Shown piece by piece: positions 1 through 7,750 of a stretch of DNA of 64,000 nucleotides. Both the position numbers and the translations under genes were made by a program. Position 1 is the stretch's first letter, and each line of letters starts with the position of its first letter. A model generated the notes under the pieces. That model did not search any database, was not told where the DNA came from, and saw only the letters and a list, made by a program, of their open reading frames with translations. The stretch lies in the NCBI GenBank assembly GCA_019873725.1, contig JAIOAS010000002.1, positions 1,012-65,011 on the forward strand. Reading direction: 5' to 3'. The stretch is from Chloroflexota bacterium. Lineage in GTDB: Bacteria > Chloroflexota > Anaerolineae > B4-G1 > SLSP01.

Positions 1-551
1 AGACGTCCCAGTTGCCTGCATTCTTCTTCTCGATCTCCTATTTCACGGGCTATCGTCAACGCACTCTGGTAGAAGGCCAGGCTCTTGTCTTTTTGTCCCA
101 AGACTCGATATGCACTTCCCAGGTTCCCCTGTAGCCGTGCCTCTCTGGCTCGATTGCCGAGACGGCGTGCCAACGCCAATCCCTGCTCATAATAGGTGAT
201 TGCAGCCTGAAGTTCCCCCATCGCTCTGAGTGCATCAGCAATCCCTGTTAAGTTGTTGAGTTGCAAGGCCATAGGTGCAACCTTTCCTACCAGGGTCTTA
301 TGCATTCCGACTAACAGTGCATAATACCCCCACAGAAATAAATGAGTAGCCTCTACGCTGTCCAAGACTCGACACGCCGCATCATAATCACCGGCTTTCA
401 CCAAGTGTTCAAACTCTGCCAATTGTGGCGCTAAATCCTCAAGCGCTTTCCACTCCTTCTCCGGCTTACGAATGCTGGCATAATACTCCGCTGCCCGCAA
501 TTCCAAGATGCGTCGGATATAGGTGGATGGTTGGGGTACTTCACGTGTCAT
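1..551 (-). CDS. TPR-repeat protein, 3' end beyond window (start ATG at 551)
   Basis: Manual minus-strand translation gives MTREVPQPSTYIRRILELRAAEYYASIRKPEKEW...MALQLNNLTGIADALRAMGELQAAITYYEQGLALARRLGNRAREARLQGNLGSAYRVLGQKDKSLAFYQSALTIAREIGD, typical 34-aa TPR periodicity (A/Y/G/L pattern). Not in the ORF track because it runs off the window edge. Confidence 0.5.
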   Translation of the reverse strand, partial: MTREVPQPSTYIRRILELRAAEYYASIRKPEKEWKALEDLAPQLAEFEHLVKAGDYDAACRVLDSVEATHLFLWGYYALLVGMHKTLVGKVAPMALQLNNLTGIADALRAMGELQAAITYYEQGLALARRLGNRAREARLQGNLGSAYRVLGQKDKSLAFYQSALTIAREIGDREEECRQLGR

Positions 552-734
552 CGTATGACTCGATTTTGGAACGTGAAAATGGATCGCTATCACGTTACTG
601 CCTGGTTGATTTTGTACTACTCTAATCCAAGTATAGGTACCTTTTGCAGACAGTCAAAATACCGTTGGCTCCCCACCCCTGCTGCGCTGCCAGATTTTCT
701 ATACGAAATCCCGAAATTCACCGGCTTAACCCCC

Positions 735-762
735 TTGATTTCGCATGCCCGCCATGTATAAT
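735..762 (+). promoter_or_regulatory. sigma70-like promoter (-35 TTGATT, 16-nt spacer, -10 TATAAT)
   Basis: cccTTGATTtcgcatgcccgccatgTATAATaaaaatatagcgg. The -10 is perfect and the -35 matches consensus at 4/6. Followed by a structured region and a terminator. Confidence 0.45.
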
Positions 763-769
763 AAAAATA

Positions 770-926
770 TAGCGGTAGAAAAACTACCGTGAAAAGGTCC
801 GGGGCTTCGGCTCCAAACCGCAGGAACCTCCAAGCCTGCGGCGTCCGGGTCAAGTAATGTGGCCTGGAAATGAAAGGGGAGGACTTGGAACTTCGGTTCC
901 AGGTCCTCCCCTTTTTTGTTTGCGTC
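770..926 (+). ncRNA. candidate structured leader or small RNA (~155 nt) between promoter and intrinsic terminator, class unknown
   Basis: Local hairpins ggtagAAAAActacc and ccgcagg...cctgcgg, a repeated GTCCGGG motif, and a terminator 17 nt before the RBS/ATG of the first tad-locus gene. The arrangement suggests an attenuator/riboswitch or an sRNA. Confidence 0.3.
872..926 (+). terminator. intrinsic terminator (16-bp stem, UUCG loop, U-tract)
   Basis: ggggaggacttggaac-TTCG-gttccaggtcctcccc followed by TTTTTTGTTTG. Confidence 0.65.
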
Positions 927-943
927 AAAGAGGGGTTAGGAAA

Positions 944-1543
944 ATGCGTCATATCGTCAGAATCACAGGGATCAGCGTCGGGCTGTGCTTGCTGCTGGGC
1001 TGCAATATCTTTTCGCTCTTGCCGTTGCCCATCGAGCCGCTGCCGGTGCGTCCGGTCGTCGTCGCCACGGCAACACCCACAGCGGGACAACTGCGCGTCA
1101 CAAGGGCATACACCGCCACGCACATCGCGCCCCCCACGGCAAGCAACGCCGTGACGCTGACACAACCCTTGGGTCTGACCCTATCTGCTCAGCCCACTGG
1201 CGTATTCATCGTCGTCGTGGCCGAGGTGCAGAACACGGGCACGGTGCGCCTTGACCTGGCCCAGGCTGAATTCACCCTGGACGACAATGCCGGGCACAGC
1301 TACTCCCGCGCGCAAGCCACCGAACTCGCCCTGAGCGTCGTCGAAGGGCCGCTGAGCGTAGCCGGAGGGCCAGCTTTGACGGACACTGCTCCGCTCTCCG
1401 ATCAAACCTTGCCGCCCAACGCACAAGTCGCGGGCTACCTGGTCTTTGACGTCAGCCCGGCCTACACCGCGCCCCTGCGCCTGACTGCGCGGATACCCGG
1501 CAGCCAAACCATCACATCCAATACTTTCACCGTGGAGGACTAA
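944..1543 (+). CDS. secreted lipoprotein, DUF4352-like
   Basis: N-terminus MRHIVRITGISVGLCLLLGC is a lipoprotein-type signal with cysteine. The C-terminal region (AQAEFTLDDNAGHSYS...GYLVFDVSPAYTAPLRLTARIPG) resembles the DUF4352 fold. RBS gagggg/aggaaa upstream. Confidence 0.55.
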   Translation: MRHIVRITGISVGLCLLLGCNIFSLLPLPIEPLPVRPVVVATATPTAGQLRVTRAYTATHIAPPTASNAVTLTQPLGLTLSAQPTGVFIVVVAEVQNTGTVRLDLAQAEFTLDDNAGHSYSRAQATELALSVVEGPLSVAGGPALTDTAPLSDQTLPPNAQVAGYLVFDVSPAYTAPLRLTARIPGSQTITSNTFTVED

Positions 1544-2275
1544 ATGCATACCAACGTACTCTGTGTCGCCCCCCAAGAAGCCCAGGCCGCAGCCCTGAGC
1601 GACGCCGTAACCGCCGTACCGGAGGTGCTGGTCGTCGGTATCTGCGACCCGCAAAAGACGTGGCAAATGCTAAAGTTCGTTGATGCCAACCTGATCGTTA
1701 CCCTGGAAGGGGCAGAGATTCCCGACGTTGAAAAACTCAGTATTCCAGTATTGCCTGTCCCGGAAAAGGAGGCCGCCGAGGTCCTGACCGCGTACCTGCA
1801 AGCGCAAGCGGCAAAGCAGCCGCCAGCGAAACAGGCTGCGCCCGCCACTGCTGCTCCCGTGGCAACCCCACGGTTGCCCTTCGCGCCACTTCGCCGCCAA
1901 CTGCGCCTCGGCTTCTACGGCACACGCGGTGGCGTCGGCACAACGACCGCCGTGGTCACCGCGGCCAAACTCCTGGCTACGCAGGGCAAGCGCGTAGCAC
2001 TCTTCGACGCAGCACAGCGCGGTGATCCCTATCTATTATTGGACCTTACTCCGTCCGACCAACCGGCCACGACCGGCAATATCACCGTATACCCCGATCT
2101 GGCCCTGGATGACGCGCGCGTCAGTTACGACGCGATCATCGTAGACGGCGGGCGCGAACGGCGGGCTTTCCCCGCGCGCTGGATCGCGATGGACAAACCG
2201 TTGTCTGAAGCGGCTGTCGCCAAACTGTTGGGTATTGACCTTGCGTTGCTCACTCAGGAGCAAGCCCAATGCTAA
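1544..2275 (+). CDS. TadZ/CpaE-like pseudo-ATPase (receiver-like N-domain + MinD/ParA-like domain lacking P-loop lysine)
   Basis: Walker-A position reads FYGTRGGVGTTT, where consensus is xKGGxGK[ST]; both lysines are absent. The N-terminal ~100 aa are receiver-like, as in TadZ. Confidence 0.55.
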   Translation: MHTNVLCVAPQEAQAAALSDAVTAVPEVLVVGICDPQKTWQMLKFVDANLIVTLEGAEIPDVEKLSIPVLPVPEKEAAEVLTAYLQAQAAKQPPAKQAAPATAAPVATPRLPFAPLRRQLRLGFYGTRGGVGTTTAVVTAAKLLATQGKRVALFDAAQRGDPYLLLDLTPSDQPATTGNITVYPDLALDDARVSYDAIIVDGGRERRAFPARWIAMDKPLSEAAVAKLLGIDLALLTQEQAQC

Positions 2276-2829
2276 TTCTCGTGGTGGGTGCAAAGGGCGG
2301 CATTGGCACAACCACGCTGGCGCAACACCTGTGCCGGCAGGCCAACGCCGTCCCCCTGGATGCCGCCGACGGCACATTGGCCCTGCAAATGGCTGCGCCA
2401 GGCGCGCCAGTGCTTGATCTAGGCTTCACCGCGCAGTGGACAGCGAGTCGCCGGGGACGCGCTGTCGAGCAAGCGGTCGAGACGCGGCAACCGTTGCTGT
2501 GGAGCGCCGCCTGCACCGTGTGGCGCGCGCCGGTGATGGCCTTCGTGTGGGACGCGGCAGCATTGGGACACGTCATTGCCGACGGCGGCACAACCCCGCC
2601 GCCCGCCCTGGTAGACCTCGCCAGCCTAATCCTCATCGTCAGCGCCGATAACCCGGTCGCCCAATGGCACGAGCGCCGCCTCAAGCAGCAATGGCCGCAG
2701 GCCCACGCCGTGGTCGGTGATCTGAAGGCGGCAGCCCAGGCGATTGCGGAGGAAACGTTGGGCGTGAAGAAGAAGCTTTCAGCTATCAGCTTTCAGCGTT
2801 CAGCCAGCAGTCCAAAAGCTGACCGCTGA
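2269..2829 (+). CDS. MinD/ParA-like protein with degenerate Walker A (GAKGGIGTTT)
   Basis: MLILVVGAKGGIGTTTLAQ: the signature lysine is present but the P-loop GK[ST] lysine is replaced by T. The C-terminal tail (KKKLSAISFQRSASSPKADR) is encoded by a hairpin-repeat element. Confidence 0.5.
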   Translation: MLILVVGAKGGIGTTTLAQHLCRQANAVPLDAADGTLALQMAAPGAPVLDLGFTAQWTASRRGRAVEQAVETRQPLLWSAACTVWRAPVMAFVWDAAALGHVIADGGTTPPPALVDLASLILIVSADNPVAQWHERRLKQQWPQAHAVVGDLKAAAQAIAEETLGVKKKLSAISFQRSASSPKADR

Positions 2830-2846
2830 CGGCTGAAAGCTAACGG
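2774..2846. repeat. tandem-heptamer inverted-repeat hairpin element (AGCTKWC / GCTGACG arms)
   Basis: agctttcagctatcagctttcagcgttcagccagc ... agctgaccgctgacggctgaaagctaacggc. Confidence 0.6.
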
Positions 2847-2874
2847 CAAATCATTCATCAAGGAGACAAACGAA

Positions 2875-3831
2875 ATGCGTATTCTGAAATCCATTCAATT
2901 CTGGGTCGGCCTGCTGCTCGTCGGGGGTGCGTTCGTGGGCGTGCTGCTGTTTGCGCAACTCACCACCCCGCCCACCTACGAAGTCGCCATCGCGGTGCAG
3001 GACATTCCGGCGTACACATCACTGCAAGACGCCTATACCAACGGTTATATTGCGTTGGACAAGCAATCGTTCAGCCCGTCGCTCTTGCAAGTCGTGCTGA
3101 CGCCCGAAACCTTGCAAGCGATGCTGGCCGATGGGGTCTTCGTCGAGACGGTCCGCGCGGGCGATGTGCTCAACCGAGGGCGCATTGCCACCGGTGAGAA
3201 CGCACAGAAAGTGCGCCGGCTGGCGCTGGCCCTCACCGATCCGCAATTGGTCATCAAGTCCATCCCAGTGGACGCCGAAACCACACCGTACATCGCGGTC
3301 GGCGACCTGGTGGACTTATACACCACGTTAGGCACCGTGCGCGCCACCGAGTTGGCGACCAGCACCGTGCCGCCTTTGCCCGCCGGGGTCACGCCACCCC
3401 CGCCCACACCGGAGCCGCTGCCCGACTACGAGGCGTTGACTCAGCCCGTGACGGTCACGCTGCAACTGCCGGTGACCAAGCGGGTGGTGGCCGGGGCCAT
3501 CGTGGTGCGCGTCAACCACGAGCAGATCGCCAACCCGCAGTATGGGGCGGTGACCGCCGATGGGCAACCCCAACCCGCACCGTTTATCGCCGGGCCGGTG
3601 GTGGGCGTGGACGTCCTCGTCCCCGAAACCACCGCCGAGAGCCTGGATTGGGCGGTGTTCAACGGCAAGATGTCCCTCGCGGTACGCCCCGCCATCTGGC
3701 GCGCGACCGTCGAGGCCGGGCAAGCCTTGCCGGAGACTCCGGGCTTCGCGTGGGAAGACTTCAATGCGGTGTTTTGGGGTGGTAGACGGCAGACGGTAGA
3801 CAGTAGACAGGGGGAGACGGAGACACGGTAA
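2875..3831 (+). CDS. cpaB: Flp pilus assembly protein CpaB/RcpC
   Basis: N-terminal TM helix (WVGLLLVGGAFVGVLLF), then SAF-like region (YEVAIAVQDIPAYTSL...GDVLNRGRI) and CpaB C-terminal domain. RBS aaggagacaaacgaaATG. Confidence 0.75.
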   Translation: MRILKSIQFWVGLLLVGGAFVGVLLFAQLTTPPTYEVAIAVQDIPAYTSLQDAYTNGYIALDKQSFSPSLLQVVLTPETLQAMLADGVFVETVRAGDVLNRGRIATGENAQKVRRLALALTDPQLVIKSIPVDAETTPYIAVGDLVDLYTTLGTVRATELATSTVPPLPAGVTPPPPTPEPLPDYEALTQPVTVTLQLPVTKRVVAGAIVVRVNHEQIANPQYGAVTADGQPQPAPFIAGPVVGVDVLVPETTAESLDWAVFNGKMSLAVRPAIWRATVEAGQALPETPGFAWEDFNAVFWGGRRQTVDSRQGETETR

Positions 3832-3940
3832 TGGGATGACGGGGTGACAAGGTGAGTGGGTGACAGCGTGAGATTCACCCTTTGTCCCCTCTCCCCTTCC
3901 CCCCGCCCCGTCTACCGTCTACCGTCTACTGTCTACTCTC
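3781..3940. repeat. tandem-heptamer inverted-repeat hairpin element (GGTAGAC family), nested arms
   Basis: ggtagacggcagacggtagacagtagacag ... ccccgtctaccgtctaccgtctactgtctac. Inner G-rich/C-rich arms pair with G-U wobbles. Confidence 0.65.
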
Positions 3941-3953
3941 CGAAGGAGGAACT

Positions 3954-5321
3954 ATGGAACGCATCAAGATTGTCATCGGCACAAAGGTATGGGACGACGT
4001 GCAGCGTCTGGAACGGGCGCTGTCCGAGATACCCGAAATGCAAATCGTCGCCGGGCCAACCACAGCTTCAGGGGTGTTTGCCGACGCCACCGAGATGGAG
4101 GCGGACATCGTACTTTTGTCGCCCACACTGCCAGGCTTTCGGCCAGAACTGGTGAGTGAACTGCTGCACTACGACGAGCGGCCCATTGCTTGCATTGGGC
4201 TGCTGCCCCCGCTGGAATCGCGCACTGACGAGTTACTGGCTCTGGGGATGAAAGGCCACGTCTCGTTGCCCCTCGACGACGCGCAGTTGCGGCGCTTGCT
4301 GGAACTGATCCCCAACGCCGTCACCCAGGCGCGCGCCGAACGGGCCAGCAGCAGCTACGTCGCCCTGGACACACCCACACTCTACACTCTGGCGGAGGCC
4401 GGGTGGCGACGCATGGTCATCGCCTTGTGGGGCACGGGCGGCGGCGTGGGCAAGACCAGCCTGGCGATCAACCTCGCGGCAGCCTTGGGCGTCATCGGCC
4501 AGCGCACTACCCTGTTGATGGACCTGGATATGACCCGCGGCGCAGTCGCGCCCCGCCTGGGCCTATCCCCGAAGGAAAACATCTACGGCCTGATCAATAC
4601 TTTACTGCTGGACTATCTGCGCACTCGGAATGCCAGTTGCCCGCCGCAGACGCTCCAGACGAAAGTGCAACTGTGGAACACCAGGCTGGCCTCGAAGCTG
4701 CACTGCCTGAGCGGTATCGCCTCAATGGAGGTCGCGGGCCGGGCAGAGTTCCGCGACGATCCGCACCGCACGCAGGCACTGACCCGCGCCATCATCGACA
4801 CCGCGCGCAAGCTCTATGACTTTGTGATCATCGACCTGGGGCCGGACATCAACAATGACGTGCATTTCGCCGCACTGGACGCCGCCGACCTGGTGCTGAC
4901 CGTGGTGCGGCCCGATGTGGCCGATATGCACTCCACCGGTCAGACTGTGCCGCGCCTGAAGCAGACCTTTGGCGAGGGCATCGGCAAGTTCGAGTTGGTC
5001 ATCAACCAGTGGAGCACCGAAACAGGTCTCAAGCTGAAGGACGTGATCAGCACCATTGGGATGAAGAAGTTCGCCCAAGTGCCCTACGATCCGCAGTTCA
5101 CCTACAGCAACAACCACCAGATGCCCTTCGTGCTGGAAAAGCCCAATCCCACGTCGGACGCGATTGTGTCAATGGCGGTGCGCTTTTACCCGCCGTTAGC
5201 GAACACCTGGGTTAGCCGTGGCGGGCAGATCGAAGGCGAGGCGGCAGCGTTCAAGCCACCGGAGCGTCGCAAAGAGCCGGGGCTGTGGCAGCAGGTGCAG
5301 AGTGTGTTCGTGGGGAAATGA
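3954..5321 (+). CDS. cpaE: Flp pilus assembly ATPase-like protein CpaE/TadZ
   Basis: Receiver-like N-domain (MERIKIVIGTKVWDD...IVLLSP) plus MinD/ParA domain with ALWGTGGGVGKTSLAINLAAAL. RBS gaaggaggaactATG. The upstream in-frame ORF start at 3882 lies inside a repeat element. Confidence 0.8.
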   Translation: MERIKIVIGTKVWDDVQRLERALSEIPEMQIVAGPTTASGVFADATEMEADIVLLSPTLPGFRPELVSELLHYDERPIACIGLLPPLESRTDELLALGMKGHVSLPLDDAQLRRLLELIPNAVTQARAERASSSYVALDTPTLYTLAEAGWRRMVIALWGTGGGVGKTSLAINLAAALGVIGQRTTLLMDLDMTRGAVAPRLGLSPKENIYGLINTLLLDYLRTRNASCPPQTLQTKVQLWNTRLASKLHCLSGIASMEVAGRAEFRDDPHRTQALTRAIIDTARKLYDFVIIDLGPDINNDVHFAALDAADLVLTVVRPDVADMHSTGQTVPRLKQTFGEGIGKFELVINQWSTETGLKLKDVISTIGMKKFAQVPYDPQFTYSNNHQMPFVLEKPNPTSDAIVSMAVRFYPPLANTWVSRGGQIEGEAAAFKPPERRKEPGLWQQVQSVFVGK

Positions 5322-5323
5322 AA

Positions 5324-5462
5324 CTGGTTGCTAGTTGCTGGTTGCTGGTTGCTGGTTGCTTGAAGCTCGATGCTCGATCCAGCAACGTGTAACCAGCAAC
5401 AAGTAACGAGTATCCAGTATCGAGTATCCAGTATCCAGCATCGAGCAACCAGCAACAAACAA
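5324..5462. repeat. tandem-heptamer inverted-repeat hairpin element (CTGGTTG / CCAGCAA family)
   Basis: ctggttgctagttgctggttgctggttgctggttgc...ccagcaacgtgtaaccagcaacaagtaacgagtatccagtatcgag. Confidence 0.65.
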
Positions 5463-5478
5463 CGAGGAGAGAGGAACA

Positions 5479-6279
5479 ATGAAAGAAAGCATCTTTTTGG
5501 AACGCGAAGTAGATCACGCGCGGCGCATTGGACTGTCGGAACGTCGGACCGGGATGTTGCGCCGGACGTTGGCGTTGAAACGGGAAGGATATACCCCCAG
5601 GCGCATCCGTGTCCAGATGTGCAAGGCCAACGTCACCTGGCGTGTGGCGCTGCGGACGCAGGAGGAGTTGGAACAGGAATTAGGCGTGGCGTGGGAAGGT
5701 GGGGTTTACGTCCCTGACAGTCCCGCTGTGCCCGCCGAGCAAGCGCAAGCCGTGGCCGAGGCCGGACGTGAACAGGCGCGGGGTAGCAACAAGCACCTCC
5801 GCGCCCAGTACGGTCTGCACAATGGCAGCACCGCGCCATACGGCTACGTTTTTGGCCCGGACATCACCATCAAGACCGCCGACGGGCAATCTTTGACCGG
5901 ACACAGCTTAGTCCCTGACCCAGATACAGCGGTTGTCGTAGCCGACATCTTCGCACAGTTCATCGGTGGGGCGTCGCCGTATACCATCGCCGCCGACCTG
6001 AACCGGCGCGGCATCGGCAGTCCCAACGGCGGACGCTGGGGCGAGGCCAACGTGCGCGACATCGTGCGCCGCGCGCCGCTGTACTCCGGGTACGTTGTCT
6101 ACCACGACGCGGCCCACAAGCAGGCGCGCTGGACGGGGATGCTGTACCCCGGCCAACACGAGGCCCTGATCGATTGGGAAACCACCCTGGCAGTCCTGGC
6201 TGTCACCGGACGCACATTGGAATGGACGTTTGGCCCGACACGGGAAGAAGCCACGCTTGCGACACCGGAGGTAGCCTGA
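5479..6279 (+). CDS. HTH + serine-recombinase 'Recombinase' domain protein lacking resolvase catalytic domain
   Basis: APYGYVFGPD...LVPDPDTAVVVADIFAQFIGGASPYTIAADLNRRGIGSPNGGRWGEANVRDIVRRAPLYSGYVVYH matches the Pfam Recombinase (PF07508) consensus. No S-Q-Y catalytic motif. N-terminal HTH-like RRIGLSERRTGMLRRTL. Confidence 0.55.
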   Translation: MKESIFLEREVDHARRIGLSERRTGMLRRTLALKREGYTPRRIRVQMCKANVTWRVALRTQEELEQELGVAWEGGVYVPDSPAVPAEQAQAVAEAGREQARGSNKHLRAQYGLHNGSTAPYGYVFGPDITIKTADGQSLTGHSLVPDPDTAVVVADIFAQFIGGASPYTIAADLNRRGIGSPNGGRWGEANVRDIVRRAPLYSGYVVYHDAAHKQARWTGMLYPGQHEALIDWETTLAVLAVTGRTLEWTFGPTREEATLATPEVA

Positions 6280-7616
6280 TGGCAGCGCCCTCGACCTTTG
6301 CCCAACGGGTCGCCGCGCACGCCACTGCGGAGTACCCCGATCCCTACACGGGCTTGCTCGCTGCTGCCCGTGACCGCCTGGCCGGACAGTTTAGCCTGGA
6401 AGCCTTGCGCACGCCCACTGCCCACGTCGAACGCGAGGCCGAGACGCTGCTGCGTTCCCTGGTCGAAGAACACGCGAATGCCGCGCTGCAACACGGCCGG
6501 CCCTTTACCGAGCCGCTGGAGGAGCTGGTCGCGCGCTTGCAGTACGACATCTTTGGCTACGGCGTCATCACCCCGTATCTGAATATGCCCACCGTCGAGG
6601 AAATTATGATCAACGGCCCGGACGTGATCTGGGTGGACGACGCCGAACGGGGAATGTACCGCGCCAGCGTGCGATTCGAGAGTCCGCGTGAGGTGCAGAA
6701 ACTCGTCGACCGCATCGCTGCGCGGCACGGACGGCGCTTCGACCGCTCCAACCCACGGGTCAACGCCAAGATGCCGGACGGCAGCCGCCTCAACGCCGTG
6801 ATGGAACCGCTGGTGGACAATGTGCCCGTCGCGGTGACGATCCGCCGCCACCGCCTGGTCGCCCGCACGCTGGATGACCTGGTGCGATTAGGGACGCTCA
6901 CTGCCGACATTGCGGGTTTCCTTAAGGAATGCGTGCTGGGCCGCCTCAACCTCATCGTCACTGGCGGCACGGGATCGGGCAAGACCAACACCCTCAACGC
7001 CCTGTGCGCCGTTCTCCCCCCGGAAGAACGGGTGGTCACCGTGGAAGATACCCCGGAACTCCAACTCGGTTTGGATAACTGGATTGCGATGGTCACCACG
7101 GAAGAAACTGAAGAAGGCCAACGTCCGATCACGCTGGACGACCTGGTGATCAACGCCTTGCGGATGCGCCCCGACCGCATCGTCACCGGTGAGGCGCGCG
7201 GGGCGGAGATTCGCTCCGTCCTGATGGCGGCTAACACCGGCCACGACGGGCAACTGCTGACCTTGCACTCCAATGGCGTCCACGAGATTGCCAACCGCGT
7301 GGTGCAGATGTGGCAACTGGCCGACTCAGCGATGGCCCCCGGCGTGATCACGCGTTATCTGGTCGATGCCTTCGACCTGGTGCTCTACATCGAGCGCGTC
7401 ACGGTCAACGGCCAACGCCGCCGCATCGTGCGCGAGGTCGCTGAGTTGCTGCCGTCGCGCCAGATGGAAGGTGACATCCCAGCGATCAATGTACTGTGGC
7501 AGGATACCGGCAATGGCTTGCAGTGGACGGGTCTGTATCCGCAGACGCTGGAAGAGAGCATCTACCTGCGCACCGGGCAACAGGTCAGCCTGCACCGCTA
7601 CTTCAAACGGGGGTGA
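6279..7616 (+). CDS. cpaF: Flp pilus assembly ATPase CpaF/TadA (VirB11-type secretion ATPase)
   Basis: LIVTGGTGSGKTNTLNAL Walker A, VTVEDTPELQL, RPDRIVTGEARG, and His box AANTGHDGQLLTLHSN. The ATG overlaps the previous stop (TGATGG). Confidence 0.9.
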   Translation: MAAPSTFAQRVAAHATAEYPDPYTGLLAAARDRLAGQFSLEALRTPTAHVEREAETLLRSLVEEHANAALQHGRPFTEPLEELVARLQYDIFGYGVITPYLNMPTVEEIMINGPDVIWVDDAERGMYRASVRFESPREVQKLVDRIAARHGRRFDRSNPRVNAKMPDGSRLNAVMEPLVDNVPVAVTIRRHRLVARTLDDLVRLGTLTADIAGFLKECVLGRLNLIVTGGTGSGKTNTLNALCAVLPPEERVVTVEDTPELQLGLDNWIAMVTTEETEEGQRPITLDDLVINALRMRPDRIVTGEARGAEIRSVLMAANTGHDGQLLTLHSNGVHEIANRVVQMWQLADSAMAPGVITRYLVDAFDLVLYIERVTVNGQRRRIVREVAELLPSRQMEGDIPAINVLWQDTGNGLQWTGLYPQTLEESIYLRTGQQVSLHRYFKRG

Positions 7617-7621
7617 GGACG

Positions 7622-7750
7622 ATGCGTTTTCTATGGGGAACACAAGCTGAAGCCGAGGTCAGTATGGTGCTGGTCGTTGGGCTGGTTCTGGTCTGCCTCG
7701 TAGTATTTGTGGCGTGTGCCGCGATGGGCGCGCCGCTGGGAGCTGTGTAG
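7622..7750 (+). CDS. small hydrophobic protein (42 aa), possible Flp-like or minor pilin
   Basis: MRFLWGTQAEAEVSMVLVVGLVLVCLVVFVACAAMGAPLGAV: a Gly followed by acidic residues and a ~22-aa hydrophobic helix. RBS ggtgaggac 6 nt upstream. Located between cpaF and cpaA. Confidence 0.3.
   Translation: MRFLWGTQAEAEVSMVLVVGLVLVCLVVFVACAAMGAPLGAV

Noticed and set aside
770-926. Assigning the leader RNA to a specific riboswitch class (c-di-GMP, ZTP, guanidine, Mn) or to SRP/6S RNA
   Set aside because: I could not find the defining conserved nucleotides of any of these classes by eye. It is left as an unclassified structured RNA.
857-943. Longer N-terminus of the lipoprotein ORF starting at 857
   Set aside because: The region 857-926 is the terminator hairpin. 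The lipoprotein-type signal peptide and the RBS support an ATG at 944.
3882-3953. Upstream in-frame extension of cpaE (MSPLPFPPPRLPSTVYCLLSEGGT...)
   Set aside because: The extension is encoded by the GTAGAC hairpin repeat, and the canonical AAGGAGG-N6-ATG sits at 3954. The longer start is improbable.
6557-7351. 264-aa minus-strand ORF inside cpaF
   Set aside because: Antisense shadow ORF of a strongly supported CpaF gene. Ser/Arg-rich nonsense composition.
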